From the NCBI GenBank assembly GCA_029564175.1, contig JAKQQL010000439.1, positions 1 through 10,091 of the forward strand: a stretch of DNA of 10,091 nucleotides, read 5' to 3'. This document shows positions 1 through 6,101 of the stretch, piece after piece; the first letter of the stretch is position 1; each line of letters begins with the position of its first letter. This DNA comes from Candidatus Cloacimonadota bacterium. Its GTDB lineage: Bacteria; Cloacimonadota; Cloacimonadia; Cloacimonadales; WRIO01. Made by a program: the position numbers and the translations under genes. A model generated the notes under the pieces. The model was not told where the DNA came from. It was given only the letters and a program-made list of their open reading frames with translations, and made no database searches.

Positions 1-585
1 CAGCTCAAACATAAAACGAGCCACCCATGGGCATTGATGAGAATAATATATCTCTGTTCCCTTATTGTCAGTTTTTGGAAGAATGATATTTATAGATGGC
101 TTTTCTCCGTCTCTAAATTGTTTGGCATATAGTGAATAGTACTTCCCTTGTTTCTGAACAAGAATATAATTGTTTTTTAAAAAGATTGCTTCGCCTGCCA
201 TAAATGCATCTGAACTGCATAAAACAGCCACACCGTTTAAACCTTGTTCTTTAGCCTCTTTTTCACAATCAGAAATCAATAAGCTGCCAATCCCTTTATC
301 ACGATACTTTTTGCCAGATACCCATAAGCAATGTATGACCATATAGCCTTTGGCATTGAGTCCTCTCCAGCAGTTTTCTCCCAAAGTGTATTCGATAAAG
401 CCTTCTGCTTTTTTGGCATTTTCCGGATAGAATAATTTTATTTTCAAACCTTCATCAAATCGTTTTAGTAACCATTCGTCCTTTAAGTGAAAACAGGGGT
501 GTTTTGGATTGATATAGCAAATATACTGAGGATGTTCATTCATGTTATCTTTGTTTACCTCAACAATCTTACCTTTTATTTCCAT
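1..585 (-). CDS. yoaP: YoaP-like GNAT-family N-acetyltransferase (partial, C-terminus beyond the left window edge)
   Basis: Not in the ORF track; translated by hand. ATG at 585, preceded by GGAGG (590-594), open for 195 codons to the edge: MEIKGKIVEVNKDNMNEHPQYICYINPKHPCFHLKDEWLLKRFDEGLKIKLFYPENAKKAEGFIEYTLGENCWRGLNAKGYMVIHCLWVSGKKYRDKGIGSLLISDCEKEAKEQG...EIYYSHQCPWVARFMFEL. Acetyl-CoA motif A (YRDKGIG). The segments GFIEYxxGE, GYMxIHCLWVSG and YSxQCP resemble Bacillus YoaP-type proteins. Confidence 0.85.
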   Translation of the reverse strand, partial: MEIKGKIVEVNKDNMNEHPQYICYINPKHPCFHLKDEWLLKRFDEGLKIKLFYPENAKKAEGFIEYTLGENCWRGLNAKGYMVIHCLWVSGKKYRDKGIGSLLISDCEKEAKEQGLNGVAVLCSSDAFMAGEAIFLKNNYILVQKQGKYYSLYAKQFRDGEKPSINIILPKTDNKGTEIYYSHQCPWVARFMFEL

Positions 586-619
586 GAATCCTCCAATCAT
601 ATCTCAACTTTCTAATCAT

Positions 620-648
620 TCTATAGCACTATTTGAACTGGCTGTCAA
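620..648 (-). promoter_or_regulatory. sigma70-type promoter for the GNAT gene
   Basis: Minus strand reads TTGACA (648-643, perfect -35), a 17-nt spacer, then TATAGA (625-620) preceded by TGn (extended -10). It lies ~35 nt upstream of the ATG at 585. Confidence 0.6.
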
Positions 649-651
649 TAG

Positions 652-680
652 AAAAACACGGAGGTTTTACCCTCCGTGCT
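652..680 (-). terminator. Intrinsic (Rho-independent) terminator of the ABC cluster
   Basis: Minus strand CACGGAGG-GTAAAA-CCTCCGTG (8-bp perfect stem, 678-671 with 664-657) followed by TTTTTCTATT, ~10 nt after the ATPase stop at 690. Confidence 0.85.
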
Positions 681-689
681 AAAAAACAT

Positions 690-1403
690 TTATGCGAGTC
701 TTCCTTCCATGTAGTCCAGATAAATTTGCTGGAGGTCATCATGCTCCATTTCTTCACGGGTTTTGATCATGACCAGACAACCGTCTTTCATGATGCCAAC
801 CACATCAGCCATTTCTTTGGCTCTGAAGATATCATGGGTGGACATCAAAATTGTCTTTCCTTTATTTTTCAGGTCCATCAGCAGATTCTGAAAATCAAAG
901 GCAGCCTTCGGGTCAAGTCCGGAAAAAGGTTCATCCAGTAAAAAAACAGAGGCATCTTTAACCAGAGCGATGGCAATACCGATTTTCTGACGCATACCTT
1001 TGGAATAAGTATCTACATTTTTATGGATATAACGATCCTGTAGTCCGATTTCGCGAAGAACATTTTCCAGATCAGACTTACTCATATTTTTGCCGCTAAG
1101 ACGGGCAAAGAACTGTAGATTTTGAAAACCGGTGAAGTGATTGTATAAAAGGACATTTTCTGAAAGATAGGCTATGTGCTGTTTGATTTGAACAGGATTT
1201 TTGATCAAAGAGCAGTCATTGATAATCACATCACCGGTTGTAGGGGGGATGAAGCCGCAAATGATGTTGATCGTTGTGGATTTACCAGCACCATTTGAGC
1301 CAAGCAGTGTAAAAATTTGTCCTTCAGCTATACTTATAGACAGGTGATTCAGCGCAAGAATCCCATCTTCATATCGTTTACTTATATCATCTATTCTTAT
1401 CAT
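690..1403 (-). CDS. ABC transporter ATP-binding protein (ABC-2/CcmA-like exporter-type ATPase)
   Basis: Walker A GSNGAGKST, signature YSKGMRQK, Walker B/D-loop FLLDEPFSGLDP, H-loop MSTHD. RBS AAGGA upstream. 237 aa. Confidence 0.95.
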   Translation of the reverse strand: MIRIDDISKRYEDGILALNHLSISIAEGQIFTLLGSNGAGKSTTINIICGFIPPTTGDVIINDCSLIKNPVQIKQHIAYLSENVLLYNHFTGFQNLQFFARLSGKNMSKSDLENVLREIGLQDRYIHKNVDTYSKGMRQKIGIAIALVKDASVFLLDEPFSGLDPKAAFDFQNLLMDLKNKGKTILMSTHDIFRAKEMADVVGIMKDGCLVMIKTREEMEHDDLQQIYLDYMEGRLA

Positions 1404-1416
1404 GATTATTTCCTTT

Positions 1417-2823
1417 CTATCGGATGTCGTATTTTCTGAATATCATATTGATTGTGCCAAGCAACAGTATATCAATCATTATCATGGCAAATATCCATAA
1501 TGAGATATGTTGCAGTTTTATGAAAAGGCTTTCTTCCTGAAAGTCTGTATTGATGAGTTTTTCAGGATGAGGATACGGTTTATCAGAGAAAGGTGTTACG
1601 CCTCTACCCATGACAGCATATTTGTCGCCTTCGGCATAAGCATAACAGAGATGCATACTTTCCGGGTCTTTTTTGTCTTCTTCCAGAATTTCATCTTTGA
1701 TTGCCTGTTGGATTATCTGCAGATGATCTATGTCTTTTTTCATACGGTAAAAGTTTTTATCAAAGATGATCTCTGTAACATGTTTGAATATGCTGTATGG
1801 AGACAGGAAACTAATCTTTTCAATGGTTTCTATCTGTTTGAAATAGATTTCCCTGTTCAGACCTGCCTGTTTCGCTCTGGCAGCATCAGCAGCATCAAAG
1901 CCTTTAGAACGAATCCCTTTTTCAAGAGTCCCGTTACCCCCAAAATCAAAGGTATATTTTTTGTAATATTCTTTATGCACTTTTGAGGCAGCATCTTGAA
2001 TTCTTTGATTCATTTCTTTGTGCGAAGCAATCGGGGATATTTTTTTCCCTACAATACTGGCTAATTGAGGGATGATAATAATAAAGATCAACCAGAAACT
2101 TAAGGCAATGACAATATTACTCATGTGATGACGACTCAATGAAATCCATATACCAATCAATATGAAAAAAGAAATCAGGGGGATTGAAAACAAAATGAAC
2201 AAGACTGTTTTAACTAAAAAGAGAAAGGAAAATAGTCCGGTCATCCCTGAGAACAAGAGTAAAGAAACCGTTCCCGCCGGTATGATTGCCAGAAGATAAA
2301 GCGTAAGGATAGACAAGAACTTGCTGAAAACGATCTGACTTCTGCTTAATCCGGAAACGGTTTGCAGTTTCAGCATCCCATTAATCTTTTCCTCAGAAAG
2401 AGAATCAAAACTGAAAATCAGCACCATTAACGAACCAATCAAGCCCAAAATAAAGAGCCAGTTCAAACTGAAGGAATAACCCTCTGCTGTTCTTTTGTAA
2501 GCGTAAGGATTGAAATGTAAAATATTGGTACCTAAAGCCGTTGGAAAACCTTTTGTTTCAAGCACCATATCCGAAATACCTGGGGTATGATAGTATTTAA
2601 TCCCCTGATTGGCAATCAAATACATCATTCTGCCCGAATTGTTCTGAGCATATTTCATCTCAGAATTGATCTCTTCCTGATATTCTTTTTGTTGTTTTTT
2701 TACCTGATTTGCTGAAGCAATCCCGCTTAGAATAAATAATATCATCAAGATAATAAAGAATACCTGAAATTTAAAGTCCTTGATTAACAACATTAAGTCT
2801 TTATAAAATAGAGATTTAAACAT
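1417..2823 (-). CDS. ABC-2-type transporter permease subunit (second paralogue) with large extracytoplasmic loops; start revised to 2823 (468 aa)
   Basis: About 6 hydrophobic segments and the cytoplasmic coupling motif SFDSLSEEKINGMLKLQTVSGLSRSQIVFSKFL. C-terminus FRKYDIR. AAGGAG-N6-ATG at 2823 (MFKSLFYKD...) avoids overlap with the upstream gene, unlike the track start at 2856. Confidence 0.88.
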   Translation of the reverse strand: MFKSLFYKDLMLLIKDFKFQVFFIILMILFILSGIASANQVKKQQKEYQEEINSEMKYAQNNSGRMMYLIANQGIKYYHTPGISDMVLETKGFPTALGTNILHFNPYAYKRTAEGYSFSLNWLFILGLIGSLMVLIFSFDSLSEEKINGMLKLQTVSGLSRSQIVFSKFLSILTLYLLAIIPAGTVSLLLFSGMTGLFSFLFLVKTVLFILFSIPLISFFILIGIWISLSRHHMSNIVIALSFWLIFIIIIPQLASIVGKKISPIASHKEMNQRIQDAASKVHKEYYKKYTFDFGGNGTLEKGIRSKGFDAADAARAKQAGLNREIYFKQIETIEKISFLSPYSIFKHVTEIIFDKNFYRMKKDIDHLQIIQQAIKDEILEEDKKDPESMHLCYAYAEGDKYAVMGRGVTPFSDKPYPHPEKLINTDFQEESLFIKLQHISLWIFAMIMIDILLLGTINMIFRKYDIR

Positions 2824-2833
2824 TTCAAACTCC

Positions 2834-4363
2834 TTACCTGATATCGTATGCGGCAAATTTTATTTTTAAGAAATAAAGCAATCCGCAAATAAGTGTGATC
2901 ATAATGATAAGAGAAGGGACTATTTTGGGGAATATTTCAGATATATGTACTTCTCTTTGTTGATAGCGTTTCATCTGAGGCACTTTCATTTTATAAAAAC
3001 CGACTTTTGACTCCATAAAAACATAGAATTGATCCCAGCTGGTTATTGATTGTAAATCTAAACCCAACTTAGGCAGATCATCTGCTTCTACATTAGCATC
3101 ATACCAGGCAAAGAATTCATTACTATAAAGCCATCCATCACGAACTCCCTGATCTAAAAATGAATTTCGTACGCTTCTGGCATCTTCAATAAACTGATTT
3201 TGATCAGCTTGTGAACTACCCCCGATAATAGAAGCTGTATTATCTAAAACCTCATTCGGATTGAAAAACATAAAATAATGAGAGGATTCATTATAGCGTT
3301 TGTTGGCTATGTCGTACAAGGTATATAACTCTTCTCTTTTATAAACCAGAGGCATATAATTTTTCATGGTGAACCGGTTATATTCTCTGTGGGCTTTCAT
3401 GGTACTGGAAGGTCCAAATACAGTAACATAAGCATTCTTTCCATTGCTGTTCCAGTTATAGTGACTCATGTTATTCAGATTAAGTGAATCAGGATAATTA
3501 AAAGAAAAGAGATTTCCTGTAACCACATCTAATTCTTTATGTATTTTTTCAGCCTGTTTTCTTGGAAGATAATCGTGAACAAATCTCCATAAAACCGGAT
3601 TGATGATACAAAAAAAAGTCCATAAGAAGAGTGCTAATACCAGAGATTTACCTGGTTTGTGAGTTAATATGGAAATCAGAACGCCTATACACGAGATAAT
3701 CATAATGTATAATAATACCATAATCCAGTAAACGATGTAGCTGGTAATAAATCCGGAGCTGATCATCGAGCCATAAAGGATAATCAGGGCGATGAAACTT
3801 AAGAAATAAGGCAGACTAAAAACAATACTTACAAAGGTAAATATCCCGATTAGTTTTTTTAACAGATACAGATTTCTTTTAAATGGCCAGGTCATGACAA
3901 TTCTAAGTGTACCATTTGCTTTTTCACGATTGATGCAATCATAACTAATCAGCAGGATAAATAGCGAGAGGAAAAAAGTGACCAGATAGGTGATGTCAAT
4001 TTGAGGGTAATCCTTAAAGTATAAATTGTATTCCGTGTTCATGAGGGCTGATTCAAGAATAGGCTCAAAGAATTCCACATTAATGACATTACCGTAGGTG
4101 TGCGTATTCCCTTCATGGTAAATGGAAAAGAGTTTTGGTTTTCTTATAGCACGGGGATTGAGAAAAGAATAGTTCGTTGCCTCAGAAAGTTGCTTTTCGG
4201 TTTGTTCCACATCTTGAATGTAGTTATTCATCCGTTTCTGAAAATCGTCCAGACGAATATAAAAAAAGATAGAAAACAATGTCAGAAACAAAAGCAACGA
4301 CCAGATGACTTTTCTGGTTTTTAAAAGACTTTTCATCTCATGGATGATGAATAGTTTTAACAT
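2834..4363 (-). CDS. ABC-2-type transporter permease subunit (first paralogue) with large extracytoplasmic loops
   Basis: Strong RBS AAGGAGGT. TM1, an ~85-aa loop, four TMs containing the motif YDCINREKANGTLRIVMTWPFKRNLYLLKK, an ~215-aa loop, a final TM, and C-terminus FAAYDIR. Confidence 0.9.
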   Translation of the reverse strand: MLKLFIIHEMKSLLKTRKVIWSLLLFLTLFSIFFYIRLDDFQKRMNNYIQDVEQTEKQLSEATNYSFLNPRAIRKPKLFSIYHEGNTHTYGNVINVEFFEPILESALMNTEYNLYFKDYPQIDITYLVTFFLSLFILLISYDCINREKANGTLRIVMTWPFKRNLYLLKKLIGIFTFVSIVFSLPYFLSFIALIILYGSMISSGFITSYIVYWIMVLLYIMIISCIGVLISILTHKPGKSLVLALFLWTFFCIINPVLWRFVHDYLPRKQAEKIHKELDVVTGNLFSFNYPDSLNLNNMSHYNWNSNGKNAYVTVFGPSSTMKAHREYNRFTMKNYMPLVYKREELYTLYDIANKRYNESSHYFMFFNPNEVLDNTASIIGGSSQADQNQFIEDARSVRNSFLDQGVRDGWLYSNEFFAWYDANVEADDLPKLGLDLQSITSWDQFYVFMESKVGFYKMKVPQMKRYQQREVHISEIFPKIVPSLIIMITLICGLLYFLKIKFAAYDIR

Positions 4364-4412
4364 TTTACCTCCTTAATGATTTATGTAATGGTTATTGGTA
4401 ATTGCATTATAT

Positions 4413-4466
4413 CGTACTATAAGCATCTTGCTTGTAGCTTTCTGCAAGCTGGAAGCTTGCAGTACG
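4413..4466. repeat. REP/REPIN-like inverted doublet of two palindromic units
   Basis: Unit 1 (+) CGTACTATAAGCATCTTGCTTGTAG (4413-4437) and unit 2 (-) CGTACTGCAAGCTTCCAGCTTGCAG (4466-4442) are 19/25 identical and separated by 4 nt. Each has an internal 9-bp stem and a 5' GTAC tetranucleotide. Intergenic. Confidence 0.65.
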
Positions 4467-4469
4467 GGT

Positions 4470-5891
4470 TTAATTCTTTGATATCTTCCAAAAGAAATAT
4501 CCTGCACCGATAACGATGGCGATTGAAAATAACAGAGAAATAATGATTACAAAGATATTGGTTTTCTTTACCAGTTCGACTTTCAGATCCTGTTCAGTGG
4601 TCTGAACAATACGGTTGACATTACTGCCATTGACTTTAAATCTAAGGGAATAGATACCTGGTAATGTATTTTTTGAAGGAATAATTTCCAATTTGATATT
4701 GACCTTTTCTTTTGGGTCCAGTTTTTCAATCTTTTCAGGACTAACTTTGTACTCCCAGTCGTTTGGCAGAAAGATATCATAATTCAGATTAGTAATCGTC
4801 TTCATTCCTTTGTTTTCAAGCTTGATATTCACAAACTCAATGCGTTCGTGATCATTTCCTTTCCAATACTGATTGCCAAAAGAGATTCTCAAGTCGGCTT
4901 TACTGGTGGGAATAATTTGTAATTCGGTCTGACCTACAATTGCATTTTCTTTGTTTTTTAGCACAACTTCAAATAGATAGGGTTTATCTAATTCTATATT
5001 TGAACCTGATTTTTCGGGGATATTGATTTTTAACTGAAGATTTTTGGTTGGTTCAGAGGAAGATAAAGCAAATTGATTGAGTACTATATTTTCACTGCTG
5101 AGTTCATAGGTAAACAGAGCAGGCAGGTTAATCAGTTCATAGCTGATATTTTCTCTGGTATTGCCAAAATATTCCATTTTCAGATCAAAAATTGCTGTTT
5201 GACCGCTTTCCACTTCCTGAGAAAAATAATTAGGGGTGATATTAACCAGATTGGAGTCTGTTTTACGACTGAGGTAAATTTGTTTCTGGTCGATCTTATC
5301 CCCGTAGTTAGCAGTAACGATCACAGACTCGACATCTTTCAGGATAGAGAAATTGATTCTTTTCTTTTCGTTGAGTTTCAGAGTAGCAATATGATATTCA
5401 TAAGGCTGGGAAATGATATTACCCTGTAGATCATGGAGAGAAACATATACATTATGAATCACAGAAGGCGACAATTTATCCGTATTGACTTCTTTTAAAA
5501 GCGATTCTTCAATACCGTAGTTTCCGCCTGAATTATTCTGAATGATGAGTTCCACATGATTTTTCCCATCAGCAGACTGAGATTTAGCTGCAGATAAAAC
5601 CATAATATGAGGTTTATCATAGATAACCGTCAGCATATACTGTTGAAAACTAATTTTATCATTCTGATACTGAAGCTCATATTCTTTATACTCAGATTGT
5701 GAAATCAATTTTTTTTCAAAAAGTTCTTTGGCATTTTTCCAATCTCTTTCTGACTGTTCCAGTCTGATTTTCGCTTTTTGTAAAGCAAGCACTCTGAACC
5801 GTTCATCGTTGGGATTGTATTCCTGATAACTGACTGCGAGACACTTTATGATAATCAGTATGAGGGATAATATGATTGATAGTCTTTTCAT
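4470..5891 (-). CDS. Secreted, C-terminally membrane-anchored protein: N-terminal alpha-hairpin plus ~3 Ig-like domains (last one NEW3/NPCBM-associated-like, COG1470-like); probable ABC accessory subunit
   Basis: RBS GGAGG. Signal peptide MKRLSIILSLILIIIKCLA. Helical hairpin at aa ~31-88. Beta-rich units at aa ~93-210, ~215-330 and ~332-442, with a NEW3-like pattern (LENKG...LPNDWEYKVSPEKIEKLDPKEKVNIKLEIIPSKNTLPGIYSLRFKV). TM at aa ~446-468, then KISKN. Confidence 0.8.
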   Translation of the reverse strand: MKRLSIILSLILIIIKCLAVSYQEYNPNDERFRVLALQKAKIRLEQSERDWKNAKELFEKKLISQSEYKEYELQYQNDKISFQQYMLTVIYDKPHIMVLSAAKSQSADGKNHVELIIQNNSGGNYGIEESLLKEVNTDKLSPSVIHNVYVSLHDLQGNIISQPYEYHIATLKLNEKKRINFSILKDVESVIVTANYGDKIDQKQIYLSRKTDSNLVNITPNYFSQEVESGQTAIFDLKMEYFGNTRENISYELINLPALFTYELSSENIVLNQFALSSSEPTKNLQLKINIPEKSGSNIELDKPYLFEVVLKNKENAIVGQTELQIIPTSKADLRISFGNQYWKGNDHERIEFVNIKLENKGMKTITNLNYDIFLPNDWEYKVSPEKIEKLDPKEKVNIKLEIIPSKNTLPGIYSLRFKVNGSNVNRIVQTTEQDLKVELVKKTNIFVIIISLLFSIAIVIGAGYFFWKISKN

Positions 5892-5916
5892 TTTTCCTCC
5901 GTATTAAAATAGTATT

Positions 5917-5933
5917 AGAAACTTTTGTGCCAA
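5917..5933 (-). promoter_or_regulatory. Candidate sigma54 (-24/-12) promoter of the ABC cluster
   Basis: Minus strand TTGGCAC-AAAAG-TTTCT versus consensus TGGCAC-N5-TTGCW. The -24 element and spacing are exact, but there is a mismatch at the conserved -13 G. Predicted start ~5906, just upstream of the RBS at 5896-5900. Confidence 0.5.
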
Positions 5934-5973
5934 TCAAAAAAGGCTAAAAACAGGCAATTTGTGTGGATAGCAC

Positions 5974-6006
5974 TTACATTTTTGTCAGCAGATTACAAAA
6001 TTGTAA
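5974..6006. promoter_or_regulatory. Two tandem dyad sites TTACA-N4-TGT(A/C)A, candidate activator/operator sites
   Basis: TTACATTTTTGTCA (5974-5987) and TTACAAAATTGTAA (5993-6006), with centres 19 bp apart, upstream of the sigma54-like element. Confidence 0.5.
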
Positions 6007-6039
6007 GACGATAAAAAAATCAAAAACTATTCATTAATT

Positions 6040-6063
6040 AAAAAGGCAAGCTTAAGCTTGCCT
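6040..6063 (-). terminator. Intrinsic terminator of the chemoreceptor gene (possibly bidirectional)
   Basis: Perfect 20-bp palindrome AGGCAAGCTTAAGCTTGCCT (6044-6063), followed on the minus strand by a T tract, ~40 nt after the stop at 6102. A T-rich tract also follows on the plus strand. Confidence 0.8.
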
Positions 6064-6101
6064 GATTTCTTTTTTATTTATAGATAATGTTAGGATCTAA
6101 A

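Noticed and set aside
633..941. 102-aa plus-strand ORF
   Set aside because: Antisense shadow of the ABC ATPase; it crosses the terminator and has no RBS or motifs.
1507..1986. 159-aa plus-strand ORF
   Set aside because: Fully antisense to a permease; the Phe-rich composition reflects reverse-complemented Lys/Glu codons.
2824..2856. ORF-track N-terminal extension MPHTISGKEFE of the second permease
   Set aside because: It overlaps the upstream gene. The ATG at 2823 has a good RBS and matches the paralogue's N-terminus.
4100..4324. 74-aa plus-strand ORF
   Set aside because: Antisense to a permease, with no independent support.
4413..4466. CRISPR repeat or IS-end interpretation of the palindromic units
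   Set aside because: Only two units, inverted rather than direct, with no spacer-length gap and no cas or transposase gene in the window.
4583..4780. 65-aa minus-strand ORF
   Set aside because: Alternate frame inside an intact 473-aa gene, with no RBS or frameshift evidence.
5073..5429. 118-aa plus-strand ORF
   Set aside because: Antisense shadow of the accessory gene.
5832..5891. Lipoprotein call from Cys17 of the accessory protein
   Set aside because: IIK-C is a poor lipobox (Lys at -1). C-L-A fits a signal peptidase I site better, and the protein already has a C-terminal TM anchor.
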